Source: Psammoneis japonica
Taxonomy: Eukaryota
Direction: 5' to 3'
Length of the DNA: 49,452 nt
Assembly: GCA_008632985.1 (NCBI GenBank)
Contig: QPGO01000347.1
Span: forward strand, 1 to 49,452
Under the pieces are notes generated by a model. That model worked only from the letters and a program-made list of their open reading frames with translations, searched no databases and was not told the DNA's origin. Position 1 is the stretch's first letter; the number at the start of each line of letters is the position of its first letter. Positions 11,582 to 26,005 of this stretch are shown piece after piece. The translations under genes and the position numbers were made by a program.

Positions 11582-12339
11582 CAGATGTGCAACTTCCTAG
11601 TTTCAATGTAAATTGTTGCGGTCATGGGAGTGCAGACAATGTAGAACGGGTTTTTGGATGGAAACCATTGGTGTCCCACAAAGGCATGACGCCAGAGAGT
11701 GGCACCTTGCATTGATTGGCTGAGACAAAAAGGCGACACTGTGACACCTTTTGCCCATGTGCTGGCCTCAGGACAACAAGCCAGGTTTTTGTCCCAAGTC
11801 AGCCACAAGCAAGCCATTGAAAAAAGTCAACAATGCATGGAAAGATGGCTTGCAGAGTGTCACTTGATTTCCTGGAGGGGCACAGACTCTCTTTGTGTCT
11901 CTCACCTGAGGGCACACACACCACCAAACAGCCCTGTGACAGGTGCCCCCACAAAATGCACTTCTTTGCCATTGATTTGCAAGGCTGCAGCCCCCATGTT
12001 TTGTGACAGATTGCCTTGATCTTGGCCCTCCCACCCCGTTGACATGCTGAGGGAGTGTGAGCAACTGTCATGACATCACATTGCTCTCAGAAAATTCAAC
12101 CTCTGGATCTGTCATGCCTGCCATTTTCACAAACTCCCAAGAACTTGCTCTTACGCCCTCATTGCAGCTTGCAAGAAAAATTGCAACAAAGACATCTTGC
12201 AAGAAAAAGCAGCAACAACAAGACATCTCAAAGAACCTCAGCTGTCAAGCTCTCCCTTGGTTTCTCACTTTCCATGGACCCAGTGCACAAATGATGGTGT
12301 GAAGCAGGTGCAAGTGCAACATCACAATCACATGTCTCA

Positions 12340-13320
12340 AAAGCCCCTTGCACATGTCATCCTTCCAAAAAATTGCATCCCAGAAGTGGGGGTTGTCAGT
12401 CAAGCAGCAAATGAGCCCCACCATGCAGCACAGCTGACCTTTGTGGTGGCCCTGCTGAGCCATTCATTGTTTGGTGCCCATCATGCTGTCAACCATTTGG
12501 CCATGTGAGCAACTGGATGGTCACTCCAAAACTCTTGCTGGATCTGTCAGCACCAATGGGATTTGGCAAGATGAAAGAGGTGGACATGACATCCATCAAC
12601 ACAAACATGTCCACCTGTGCTGTGGAGCTCAAAGGCCTCATGTGTGGGGAAGATGGTGGACCCTGCTGTTGGAATGAAGTGAGCATTTCACAAGATGTCC
12701 ATGGGAGCCACAACAGAACAGATGAAAGGATGTCACAGGTGTTTTGCCCCAGTGTCTTCAACCTGTGTCTTGTCCATTTCAATCAGTCTGGTGGGAATTG
12801 CAATGCCCCCCTTTGTCACCCATGCTTGTTGGCCACAATTGCTTGAGGGGTGGGACAGCAGCCTGCCTTGGCAACAATGTGTGACTCTGCACATTCATCA
12901 AGGCAACAATGTGAGCAAGTGCAAGGATGGAGAGAAGCTCTTTTGTGGCATGAACCTGATGCTGGTGGGCTGCATGGAGTGGGCCGCCCCCCAATGCTTG
13001 ACCAGCTTGGTGATGCCAAGCATGTCTTTGTCATGATGGATGACCTGGCTGTTGCCAACAAGAGGCAACATGCACCCTTTCTGAAAGATGGGCATTTTGT
13101 TCAATTCATTTCTGGATGCAATCAGCACAGCAAGGAGACCTGCAGTGACCAGGACCTGTTCATTGAGAGTCCACACAGAGCTCAGTTTTGCCAAACCTTT
13201 GTTGGGCACCACATTTCGATGGTTTCTGCACTTGTCTGCTTTAGAAGCATCTGCATGAGATGGGGCAAGTGCCCATTGACTGATGACTTGAGTGGCAGAT
13301 GTTGTGTTGCCTGGCAGTGA
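12340..13320 (+). pseudogene. Fucosyltransferase-like copy 3, 5'-truncated and heavily decayed
   Basis: Fragments HVILPKN, TPKLLLDLSAPMGFG, LHIHQGNN (from HIRRGD), HVFVMMDD and ...VAWQ* lie in shifting frames with an internal stop. Both TpA and CpG are lost. Confidence 0.85.
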
Positions 13321-16300
13321 CAGAAATGTGAGCCCACTGCTTCTGCACATCATGGAGATTTGCTTTGGTTTTGTCAACCATTTCCCTGCAATTGCAGCAG
13401 TCACAGCAGCACTGCCTCAGTGGCAAGATGATTCTTTGCAAGAATGGAAGCCAGACACTCTCACAATTGCAAACTTGTGTGTTGCCAGCCAAAGAGGCCA
13501 GCTCATTTGACAATGGTGCAGCTTTGCACGTTGAGCATGACACCACAGTTGTGTCACTCACGCGACATCATTTGCATGGACACATGTTGATTTTCATTTG
13601 GCTGACAGCAAACACACACCTTTTTCTTGGATGAGAGGGGTCTGTGTGGGCCACAGTCCAATCTAAAAAGGGGTGATGCAGTGAAACAATGTGCCATCTG
13701 AGAGTTGATGGGGTTGCATCAAAAAGCAGCATGGTGCATCTGGGGTGGGGGGTCACCACTTGGTGGCTCCAAATGTGTTGTTTGTGCCACTCCCATTGGC
13801 ACCACTGATCCACTCACCAAATTGTGGCCTGATGGTTTTCATCATTGTCTTTGGATCAAGAATGCCGCACCATCTGAATGCTGCCCCTTGACTGTGGCAA
13901 TTGGACAAGTTGGTGGTTTCCATGCATTGCGTGCACGCTTGGTCTTGTTTTGTTTGGGCGTGAGCTTTTTTGGCAGACAAAAGCATGCCAAGCCTTGTTC
14001 AAATTCTTGCACAGGCATTTTTCTTGGGCACCTCTGCCTGACACAACCAAGAATTTGCCATGCTTTGTTGATCCCCCAAGACATCTCTCATGTCAAGATT
14101 TTCAAACACACACAGCTCAACAAGGGCACATGAATGACCAGCTTGTTGCACCCAAATGATGAACATTTGCAGTGCATGCAAAGTGGCAAACCAGTCCCGC
14201 CAAAGCTGAAGAAACAGCCATTGACAAGTTTTGCTTTAAAGTCAATCCTTTTGCAGCAATGATTTTGTCTTTGTGCTGTGAAAGGTGCTCTTTTTTGGAG
14301 CCTTTGTCCCTGGTGCCAAACACAGCAGTTCTGCAATTTGACTTTTCTCTTCATTCAAGGCTGCTTGTAAAACAAGATCATGAGTGCAACCCATTGCATC
14401 TGTGAGTGGCAGAGACATTTCTGCTGCTCCAGAAGCTGCAAAAGAGGAACTCAGTTGAATCCATGAGGTTGGTGCTGCTTCTGGCACCAAGGTTGCATTC
14501 ATGCCCAAATGCCAACTGGGTTCTTGTTGTGTGAACTTTGGCAGAGCAAGGCAATTTTGCACCACCCCCTTTCTCTGAAGAGGAGCATGTCCCTGAACTT
14601 GCCACAGAGCACACTTGTGCTGTTGCCACCAATCCTTTCCTTGGTGTTGATTTTTGGAGTGCATCACATCTGACAAATGGCCTCAAGCATCAAACATGAC
14701 AATGACACACTTTCATCATGCTTGCAGTTTCTTCCCATGCCATTGTTCCTGAGCACAAGCTTTGAGTGCCCCACCTGCCATGGCTGCAAGAAGCTGTCCA
14801 CAAGGCCTCAACAGCATGGCACTGGCAAGTTCAAACAGCTCAATCAGCGCTGCACCATTGGTTTGTTTGTTGCACCAGTTCCAAGCCACCAAGGAGGGGC
14901 ACTTCATTTTCCATCTCCATTTTGGCATCACAACATCCAACTGAGCACATTGTTTGCATTCAGCACATCTGTCATCTTGTGCTTGTTTCTCTTTTTGCAG
15001 CATTTTGATTTGTTGCAAGGCATGCAGTGGTGACACTCAAAAAGATGCTTTGGCACAGACAAGAGAAAACAGGAGATGGTGGTCTGTGCCCCCCCGCCCC
15101 GGTGTTGCTGTTTTGGAGGCATTCTGTGTGCTGCAGAAGCAGCACTCATGGCTGCGAGCACCTGAGGAGCCACAGCAATCTTGCTCTTTTGTTTCATCAT
15201 GTTGATGAGTCAAGAGCAAGTTTTTGTTTGCAGTCTGTGCCACCCACCCTTTGTGGATCTCTGGCAAGAGCTCCAATTCCGGGTTCCTAGAATTGCAAGC
15301 TCTGGCTCAAGGTCTGGTGCTTGTGACTTGTGCCACAGCCAACCAGAGTGCTCAGTTGGAGCATCAGCTGCCAGAAAAGAGAAGAGTCAGAGAATGACAG
15401 AGGGCAGTCAACCATGAAACCCACAAAACCTGCAATTGATGAAGCACATCATGTGCTGCATGGCTCAAGGCACAAATTTTGGCACTGAACTTCAAGTTGG
15501 CACCAATTGGCAGTTTTGCCAATGGAAGGTGCTCTCCAAGGCTGCTCAAAATCTGATGTCCTGTGGGAGCCGTGTCTCAACAGTGTGTTGTCAGATGCAA
15601 AGTTGCTGTTTCAGAAAATGGCTTGCAACAAGGCAAATGTGTTTGCTCTTCTTTGATTTTCAAGAGCAAGAAGGAAGCTCTGGTTCTTCAACAGGCAAAT
15701 GATTTTTTTGGTGGTTCAAACCTGCTGCAATTGAGATGTTTTTGAAGTGCTTGGGGAAGTGCAACAAAGACTTGCCTCTTTCAAGCACGTTTGCTTGTGT
15801 GCTGAATTTGACAGTGGCCAAACATCTGTGCAAAGAATGCAGCCACACAGCTGCAATTGCACGTCACAGTTTTGTCAATCATGTGCTTCTTGATTTGCAC
15901 AGATGGGAGCCTCCTGCCACTGCTGACTCCCCACTCAAGATTGCAAAGCTGCGCTGCTGCCCATTGATTTGGCATCTTCAAAGCACTCTGAAGTTAGCCC
16001 TGAACAGGGCTTGCCAGAGCATGACAACTTGGCCAAGTTCTGTGGGTTCTCACCTGCTGCAAATCACTCAGTGAGTTGTTGAGTGTGTGATCCATCTGTT
16101 GCCTTGACACTGGCCATGCTGTCATGACTCCATCCAAGTTTGCCTCTGCTCCTGCCCCACTCCATTGCTCCACTTTGAAAGGTGTTGCCAAGCCATTTCT
16201 TGTCTCAAGCATGATTGGAAATCAGCCAGCTGCAAGAAACCAATGTGCAATCTGAACTTGCACTCACATCTTTTTCTTGGACAGCTTGTCACTGATCTGA

Positions 16301-17790
16301 ATGTGTGCTTCCTGCTCTTTCTGCCAACATTTGGTTGCAGCTGCTGCTGACTCTCCTGGATGCAGCCCTGGGCCAGTCTGGGAGGAGATGGCTCAATCAC
16401 AGCTGATGTGTGCAATGCCCCATGCTCAAAAGAATGAGTGTGAGTTTTGTGCACACATTCAAAATGTTGCTCATTTGTTTCATGCATTTTCTCATGCAAG
16501 AGATGACATTTCAAGCATCCTGTGGCATGGTGCATGCTGGTCCTCATCATGACTGCACACTGCTCTTGCAGACCAGCTCATTGTCTCCTGCTTTCAATTT
16601 GCATCTTTTTCTGAGTGCAGCTGCTGTGTGGGTTTTGGGGAGAAGGCATCTGCTGCAAGTGTGCACACAGGCCACACCTGAGCCACCCTTCTTGGGTTGA
16701 CATGTGCAGGCTCTTGTTCACAAAAGCAAGCAACCAGCAAAAGCAATGTTGTGACACCCAGCAAAGGCAACTGCAATGAGACAAAAGCATCAAAAACACT
16801 TGCCACATGCTTGCCAAGAAGGGTGCACATTGAATGTGCCATTGGCTCTGCCAATCTGGTGGGGGTGTGGTGTTGGTTGTCACAATGAACAAAGCTTTCC
16901 TCTCACTCTCCTCCTTCTGGAAATTCAGCAGCAAGGAAAGATGCAAAAGTCAATCTGTGTGGCCCATTGCAAATCACAGGGTTGACTTTGGTGTGACATC
17001 CTGCATCTCTTGGCACACAGAGCCCTGCTGGACATTGTCAACATTGCAGGAGCCAATGCCTCACATTGAAACCCCTGCAGCTTGAGCATGACAGACCAGA
17101 GAAATGTGGGCAAGACGGACCCAGAAGCACAACAAATTGCCAACTGTCCCTCCCTTGGAGAATGGCTGTTGTTCTGGGGGTGGGGGCACTGGGCACTCAA
17201 GGCAGACCACCAGAGCATCCACAACAGCCCAAACTGTGCACCTTTCAAAAAAAAAGACAAAAACCTTTTGCACTCCAACACAATGTCATGCCAGGTTGTG
17301 TCTTTGCCACAGGTTGTGCCACTGGTTTTGACACAAAATCTGGAGCTCTGCTGAGAAATTTACTTTCCTTGTCCATCTGGAAAAAATTGACATGACAGCC
17401 TTTGTGAAAAATCAGCTGCAACTCACACCCCTTGTCTTGGCTGCAATCTTTGTCCCATTGCATGTGTGTCACTTCAAGCAGGGGCAGATCTTTCACAGTT
17501 TGAACCCTGCAGTGTGGGCTTTCCAAGCACTCTCATGCACGTGGCCACCACTCACTTCTTGACCAGCTTGTTTCTGGGTTTGCACCCTCCTGCATCATTT
17601 TTTGGGTTGCCATGGGCAGTGCCCACCACCATTGGCCTTTGCTGGAACAGAAATGAGGCACAGGTGGCAACTGCCATGGAGGCAAGGGAGAGAGAAGAGG
17701 TTGTTAGCCCTGAACACATGCTTTGTGGCTGGCAGCAGCAGTGCACTGCCCAGCAGCCCAAAGAGAGAAGATGGGAGCCACACATGAGAA
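13321..17790. repeat. Decayed spacer block S, copy B (extra ~365-bp insert at ~15051..15414)
   Basis: Collinear with 3626..~8490 and 34243..~38360. Confidence 0.88.
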
Positions 17791-18298
17791 ACACCACATG
17801 AATCGACCATTGGACAAATGATGCCACCCAATGTTCTCCTGAGATCAAAACAAATCAACACCATCTTGGAACCAAGCCTCAAGGGCTGACAGAAGTAAAT
17901 TGCACAAGGATGGAGATGTGTGGATGTCGTGAACTCAGAAAAAATTGGCTTCCTGGGGTGGAAAGCACTCCACTCCTGCTGGCAGGCAAGTTGGCAATGC
18001 ACACAGTCCACAGGTTTAGAGTCACAGATTCACTTGTTGTTGTTCTGGCCAGCTTCCACCAGCAGACAGATTTTTCTTGGGAAAGAATCGTGTTGGGAAT
18101 CGTTGGTTGCAATTCAATTCAATCCAATCTTAAAATTTACACCGCCACTTCCAGCGGCTGCCTGAGGCTCAGTCACGCCTGATTTTTCCTTTCAATCCAC
18201 AACCATGGAATGGAGTCAGAGCGTCGGCACACAAAACAAATGCAGTTTGCTTGATGAGTCGTGGAGCAATGGCAGACTGCACCCATTTCTGTCATTGG

Positions 18299-21200
18299 TC
18301 AGTCTGTGGTGAGGGCAGTGATCGCACGTTTCGCTGTTGCTGCTGCCACTGGCCAGCGTCGTTTAAAGTCCATGTCTTCGGCTTGTGTCTCCTCCATGGA
18401 CCTAGAGAACCACCTGGCACACTGGGGCATGTCAGATGGGTGATCAAAGATTTCCGCATGTTCGTCTTCAATCCGCCCGTCTAGGATGCTGTCAACAGTG
18501 AGTCTTGATTCTGAGGTTGGAGATGCGGCCACCTGCATTCGATGTTGCCACATGTCCCAAGCTGCACTCCACAGCTGTTGGATGATGCCTGCCACCCATC
18601 ATTCTCCAGCATTCCGACGTTGCATGAAATCGCAGCACGCCTGCTGAGCCGCTGCCCACTCTGTCGCTGGGAACCCTCACATCAGAGAGTGATCCCCGAG
18701 TGCCTCCTGAGCAACAAATGCCTGTTGCACCTGTGGATGATCCGATGTTGGCGTGGGGCAAGGAAGCTCATCGTGCCAACTCTTTACAATGCGGATGACA
18801 CCCTTCCTTAAGTCCGGGTGTGTCGAGTGATCCGTCATCCACTTCTCCAAGCTTCCTGTCTTTTTCTGCCACAGTTCCTGCGCCGTGTGAGCCGCACACT
18901 GCAACACGTGATCGATTCCCTTTTCATCTTCCCCGCATCTTGGACACGCCGCGCTCTCCACTTTTTTCCAATGATGCATGTTGTTGTTCGTTGGGACGAA
19001 GCCTGTGTTCCACTTTGGTTGCCACAGTTGTCGGAACGTTGGGCACCTTCGCATTGCTCGTCCCAGTGCTTTCCAATCAATGGTCACATGACTGTGTTCA
19101 ATCTTCAGCTTCTTCATCCAGTGCTCTGTCACAGGTGGACCGCAGACATGATCGAGGACCACACATTCTTTCCATGATGTCATCGTCTTTTCTCCCAACC
19201 CAACCGTCCAAATCGGTTGTGCAATTTCACATGGCGCAGCACCTTCATGTTCTCTTAGAGCCTCCTGATGCGCCTTGGCTAGAAGATCCATTTCGACATT
19301 CAATTGCTTGATGCAGGACAAGTCTTGCAGTGGTGATTGCTGATCCTTGTGGCCTTCCACCTCGACAGCCTCCACTGTCAATGGAAGTTTGTGAGAAGCA
19401 TGCTCCTGATCGTGTGAATCAAATCACAGTTGGCAAGGGTGGGGTCGTCGTACGAGTTGTAAAAACACGTTCTTAATCCCAGATCACAGTCACACGCCAG
19501 AGTTGTCTTCCCTCTGCGGATGTTGCACTGTTTGCACAATCGTTGGAGAAATGCCACAATGCCAAAAATTCCCCCCAGCTCTCCCCTGCAGGGTGCAAGG
19601 TCTGTGGTTGCCCCCGGAGTCTGATTCACTCCCTTGCACCAGTGTGAATGTCCTTCGGATGGTGGCAGGATCATGCCAGCCGCAGCCAGTCCTTCTTTGC
19701 ATGAGCCATCTGTGACACTCAGAGCCGTCCCGTTTTCCATTCCTTGAACTAGTTCGTTCAGGTCCGGTTGGTGTCCGCAAGGAACAAACGACCAGTCGGT
19801 GTTGCTGAGAGCTCTTTCCGGCTCTGTCACTCGAATCGTTGATGTCCCTGTTGGTGTGATCCTGGAACCGTTCCGCACGACCTGTGTCGGAAACGCGTCT
19901 TGAGGAATGTTGTTCACATTGCCATTTAACTGATGTCATGATCTTTTGTTGCGTCTGTGTTGAGGCAATCTCACACACAATGCAATGCCCTCCGTTTCTT
20001 TGCAGAACACTCTGTCGTCCGTTTCCGAACACCACCATGCTGTTGTCGGTTCCCGCGTCCATTTTCCAAGTGGCCGTCGAAGCCGAAGTTGTTGGTTCCC
20101 ACCAATGGCAAGGAAGCTTGTTGCAAGTGCTTCTTGCCAGAGTCGCCAGCAAGGTCTGGAAGGGTGCCCTGCCTTTGGCCAGTTGTGTGTTGTCTGGCAT
20201 GTTGCAGTTCCGCGCCAAAAGTCTGGAAGAATCCGTCTGCCATCGCCTGAAACAATGTCCGACAGCCTCACCGCTTTCAACCACATTCTGCATGAGTTAA
20301 TTTTCCTGAGATGATCTCCTTTGCAGCCGTGTGCTTCGAATGCTTCCATCAAGAAAGCATCATTTTGCCGCAGCAGTTGGATTGCAGGCGTCGGGGCTCG
20401 CAGTTTGATCGAATGTGATGAGCAGAAGTGCCACAGCGATTTGACCCAGGTTGCTGTGACTGGGATGGCAAGTTTGTTGCAGTCCAGTGAGAAAATGCTG
20501 TCTCCATGCCCAAGTTCCAGCACCATGGTTTCGCATGCATGCTGGATCTCTCTCCCCGTCATCAACTGTGTGTCCATTTGTTGCAAAAATGCTGCGACCT
20601 TTGCAATTCCCTGTTTCACAAATGGTTCCGACAAGCCCAGTCTGTTGAACCATTTGGGTGCAAACAGAATCTTCCTTGGAAATGACCGAGGATGTCCCAT
20701 TGCGGGCAGTGCAACCTCATGCAGCGGTTTCTCTGTCTTCTGACACTCCAGCTTCATTGGAGATGTTGCTGCAAGTGGACATTCAATGGACCGCATAATT
20801 CCGCCCGTCAGAGAAAACCAGGCCTCCGTTCTGTTGAGATGGCCACAACGTGCTTGATCGGCCCATTTTTCCACTTTCTTCTCCATTGCCTCGATCTGAG
20901 CTTCCGAGTTGCCGTCCAATGCAATGCATGCTCCCAACGTTTCTCTTGCTTCCGACACCTCCATTCTTTCAACTGTTGACCTGTTTCCTTCGTGATCCAG
21001 TGGGGTGATGTCTCCTGGCGATTCTTCCTTGCTCTGATGGATCCACCTGTCGTTTTTCCATTGAAAGGATGCCAGAGACCAACAGCTTTTTTCCGGCACT
21101 GGTGCACCACCCGTTGCCCTGATCCCTCCTTCCCAACAGTTGGACATGTCTTGAATCTCTGTCAGCACATCCTCACACGTTGAGTCATCAGAGTCCGGGA

Positions 21201-23850
21201 AGCATGGAAGATCTGTGTTGTCAACGAATGTGCAGCACACGCAGTGACAAGCGTTCTTGGAAATCGGAGTGACCGCCCGAACACCGCAGCCGTCTGCTTT
21301 GAGCATGTCAATGATTGGGATGCTAACCACGAGCCAAATGGCCGGTGCGGCACCATGACCTTGAAAGATTCCTTGCAGTGGGATCTCAATCACGCCGCAT
21401 GGTTCTTCCGAGTCTCCGCACGCCGTTCTCACGCAGTGTTTCATCTGAGTTGGTGTCCCGATCATCATGAAGACCTCATCTTCTCCCGCTCCAAACCTTC
21501 TCATGCAGAGAGCAGCTGCCGCATGAAGAATGCGATCGCAGCACGATTTAGCATCCGTGCTGTTGATGGCTCCCGGTTGGTGTGATTGACGAAACACATC
21601 ACCTGTCAACACCTTGTTGAGAGCGCAAAGAATTGCTCCATGCCTTTTCCGACTTCTGCAGGCTTCCCAAGGAATCGCTTTGCATGCTTCCGCGTTGTTG
21701 ACCAGTGCCCTTGCGATGCACTTGTTCATCTTGTTGTACATTGCTTCAAAAAGCACAATGATTCGAAGTTTTTTAACATGAGACGAGTCCTTCTTCTTCG
21801 GGATCATGACGTCTGTGGCCTTTGTCCAACACTTCAGTGCACAACCATGTTCAGCAGGAATTGCTGACATGCATGAGTCGAACTCTGCCAAAGTTTCATC
21901 TGAGCAACCTGCTTCACAGTCGGAGAAGGTCGGTCCGAAGGGGCTGCTGGTTGCACGTGCTTTCATTTTCTTCCATCCCTTGACATGCTCCTCTGTGGTG
22001 CAGTCCAAGTTAATTTCCGGGAGCGGTGGTTCTGGTCGCTTGAGCTGTTTGATGCACTTCGCTGTGTGTTCATCCACACCTGGGGGAATGTCGTACGTTC
22101 CCTCTAATGCTCTTTTTGCGGCCGGAGTGTCCGAGTTGCAGCCAAAGTCTTTCAAAAGAGGGTCCTTCATGAATGGAACCATGTGCTGGCTTGTTCAAGT
22201 TTGACCGTGTCGAGAGCGTCCCTCGCATTTGCATGCTTCTTCCATTCCCTCTTTTGTTGAGAATGTTTTGTCTGCTCCATTTGATCCTGGTGCCGTGACT
22301 GTTTGAAGCGCCGGTCGGGGTTTGCCGGTCACTCGTTTGATGCGACTGAACATTCTCTTTTGACGGCAGCTGTGCCGGATGATGCGTTCCTCTTTCTCCT
22401 GTGTGGTGCCCTTTCTTCTGCTTGCTTTGCACATCGGATCTTAAACTCATCTTGACGAAGCTTTGCGGCTTGTCTCTTGAGTTTGCAATGTCTTTTCATC
22501 ACCAGTTCATGCTCTTCTTGCACTCTGTGTGGTCGAAACCGAAGTGCATCCATTCTCCCTGTGCACTGCATCAATCTTTTGATGGTCTTCACGCTGACTC
22601 TCCGGAAGTGATGCATTTTGTAAACAAGTCTCCACATGCGAATCTCTTTCCTCGCTTCATTTATGACGTTGCTGGATTCCACCTCATTCACACACAGTTT
22701 CCTGCATTGTGATTTTGCCTTCTGTCGAATTTGATGGTTCAGGTGAAAGATCCGCTTGCATTCTTGCTGTTCAGCAAGTCCAAATGCATCAGAGTTTTCC
22801 AATCGTGTGGCTCTCCTGACAGATCGTGTTTCAGCAATTCTGCAACCACGAGCTGGACGCCTTCTTCACAACTTTCGGGTCTTTCAGTTTTCCTGCCAGC
22901 CGGTCTGAGACAGTCTGGAGAGTTTTGGTGGGTTAAAACCCAGTGCACTGGGTTTCGAAATGTCAATCCAAAGAATGCGGTGATCGGAAGTGCAGTCGAA
23001 GTCCCCAAAACCGGACATTCCTGCCTTGGTGACTTCCAGGGCTGGCGAAATTAGAGTTGTGTCAACCGGGATGTTGGAACGATTCTTGTCACAGGTTGCC
23101 ACTGTTGGAAGATCCGGATGCGTGGTTTTTAAGGCATCGATTAGATGAAGCGCTCTGTGCCACAAAACAAATGTCGTCCCTCTAACGTTTTCGTTGAAAT
23201 CGCCTCCCAACACTGTCAGATCACCTCCCTCCTGCCATTTCTTGATGTGGTTAGCCAAATCTTCCAGCAACGCTCATCTTGGGCATCGCAGATCATTCTT
23301 GGCAAGAAGGCATGTTTCTTGCTGAGAGCAGACTTTACCCGGGTTCGATTGGTTGTCTCAGACTGGTCGGCATGCTGTGATGATCCTTGTGTGAATTCCG
23401 GACTTGCCTCACAATCTCACCCATGTCCATCTGCCTGGTCCTGACGGATCTTCTCCGCTTGAAATTAAATGATGGTTGACATCTTGTGTGAGCAGATGGC
23501 CCACTCCTCCGCACGCCTTTTGTTTTCCGTTGAATGGTGCTGGTTGGCAGTGACGAGGGAGCTGTGTTTTGAAAGATGCCTCCATCGATCTTTCCATTGC
23601 TCGTGTTTGGGGATTCTCTTGAGGTTCAAGTTGATCTCTGTCAAGCCCATGAAATCAGAGTGGTGATCTGTCATCCACTTCGTTGTTCCTTTGTGTTTGT
23701 CTTCGGAAGAAGGTGAAACTGGAAGACCGCCAACGTTGTGAAAGGCGATTCTGATGACATTGTGTCGTTTTGTCAAGGTGTTGTCTCCCCATGCCTCATC
23801 CGATTGACGACTGTCAGCATCCTGATTTACGTCCTCCTTTTGTGGTGGTC
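18299..23850 (-). pseudogene. LINE ORF2: AP endonuclease, reverse transcriptase, RNase H and C-terminal zinc finger (frameshifted)
   Basis: APE: IRIAFHNVGG, GLTEIN, GGDFNE, SDHRILW. RT (19936..22182): KLRII, DAKSCCDRI, GIFQGHGAAP, FVDNTDL. RNase H: VTDGSC, RGELGG, VEGHKD, LNVEMDLLAK. Zinc finger: CPRCGEDEKGIDHVLQC. The 5' boundary is approximate. Confidence 0.88.
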
Positions 23851-24034
23851 GTCGTGACCGCTGAGGACGGCAAGGACTGGGGATCCTGTCCCGCTCCCTC
23901 GGCCTGAGAGCTGGGAAGGTCTTCCAGGTCTCCTTGTTTGGAGTCCTTCTGGGCTGAACCAACATCTTGATCTTTTGTTGCTCGCAGCTTCTCTGGTTCT
24001 TGGATTGGCGCTTCGTTCATTTCTTGCACCTCCT

Positions 24035-26005
24035 TTAACTTCGCTCTGGTTGATGGTGTTGTCTCACAGATGCATCTTCCTCCTGTTTGCACTCATGATG
24101 ATTTTCCAGATTATGAAGGTCAAAGGTTGCCAAGCACTTCGTGGCTGACGTGTGCTGTGTGTCGTCGTCCTCATTCCCAAGGTGGCCAACAGATTTTACA
24201 TCAGCGGCTTGAGATGGTTTTGTGGCAACTTCCTGCGCAGCTGCAGGTGGTCCTTGTGCTCTTCTCTTTCCGCTTGTGTCTTTTTGAACATTGTCCGAAG
24301 ATGATTTCCTTTTTTCATTGCCATTCGTTTGCGCTTCTTCGTCAGTCCACTGGTCTTCCACACCCCAAGGGTCTTCTTCGATCATGTCAGAAAACATTTC
24401 GCTGTCCTTGGACGTTGCCAGTCCTGTTTCTGGATCACATTCCAAATGCTCGTACATGGCTGTTCCTGCAGTGGTGAACCATGGTTCTGCGGATGCTCCG
24501 CAGGTGTGCAGGCATTCCGGGACAATGTTGTTGATCATTTGTGCAACTTGATCGACCAATTTCCTTGGAAATGTCATGACATGGTTGTTCAGTCTGTTCC
24601 ACTTGACATCAAGGTGGTGAATCAATGGAATGATCTTGTCTGGATTGGCAGGGTCTGGGATCCGTTTTTGCATGATGTGCTGCCGCAAGGTCATTTCACC
24701 TCCAGCAACTTGCATCTTGCGGTCCGGGTTGTCGAGAAAGCCGAAGTCGAGTTGTCCTGTGACTTTCTGGCAAAAGAAGTGTTGACGTTTTTGAAGCTTG
24801 TCGACATTCTCCTTGGTTTTGTCTGAGGCGCATTGTGTGGATTGGTTCGAGCAGCATGGGATGAAGCGCAACTCTAATCCCAGCACCTTCTTCCTGGCTC
24901 CTGCTCTCCACAGTCGTTCCGCCGCCAGCTTGACTTTGTGCACTTTGCTGGACTCAACAATGATGTGAAGAGCTTCCGGATTCTTGTTTGGCGCATTCCT
25001 GTCAAAAGTGGGTCGTTTTCTGTCCTTTCCCACTGTGGACCGCCATTGAATGCCGAGGCTGTCACAGTCCCTGCCTGGGCCAAGAGCTTCACTGAATTGT
25101 CTGTGTGGTGTCCGCTCACTCATTGTTTTGGCACTCTGGCAAAGCCGTCCAATGCATTCAAAGCATGTCGATTGACAGGGTGTGGGATTGCGTCCGATGG
25201 AGAATTTGCCTTTTTCCATGTCTGCGAACATCCCTGAGAGTTGTGAGCCGCAACCAGCCATGATTCTGGTGCTGCAGTCTTCTGCCTCCTGGATGAGGCA
25301 AAGCTGGCAGCATGTCGTGTGTTCTGCGTTGACTCTTGGATTGAGACAGTCTGCCCCCAAGAAGGTGCTTAGCATTTCTCTTTCCTTCGCTGGTCCTTCC
25401 GGGACATCTTCTGGGGATGCCATTTCTCCAAAGGCATCCGCTGGGTCGGGGTCCCATGTGCCAACTCGGACTTCTTTTCCAAGCATCTCTTGCATTGTCG
25501 CGAACGATTCTCGCAGGACTGAGGCTGCCACTTTCAGAGGTTTTTTGGATGGTGGAATCATCAGAAATGCGTTGTGATGCAAATGACACCAAGGAATTCC
25601 TTCGGATTCGTCGTTGGACTCTGTTGCTTGTGGTGTCTCGATGTGCGGTGACTCTCTTCCACTGGTTTCTTCCTCGGCTCCTTCGTGCAGTGCATCAGTC
25701 TGCTGCAACTCCTGTTTGTTTGTTTGTTCTTTGTTTTCGTCGTCGGATTCCGTAGAGTGATTCTTGCTTGTGAGTTGTTGGAAGGCATCTTCGTCGGGTT
25801 CTTTGTGCATGTGATCTTCTTCCGTGGTTGCCATTTCCGCCGGAGCAATTGCCTTTGAGTTGTCCTCCTTTTTGTTTTTTCTGCTTTGCGCAAAGGGTTT
25901 TCCATCATCAGGTGTAAGTTTTCCTTCCTTGTTGTTGTCTTCCTTGGTGCGTGAGTTTTGCGTGGAATTTGCACGAGTGTTCTTGTTTTTTACGGGGTCG
26001 TCCAC
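24035..26005 (-). pseudogene. LINE ORF1 (656-aa open segment, charged low-complexity N-terminus)
   Basis: Long ORF upstream of the APE domain, inside the TSD-bounded element. Only 1 Tyr remains. Confidence 0.75.
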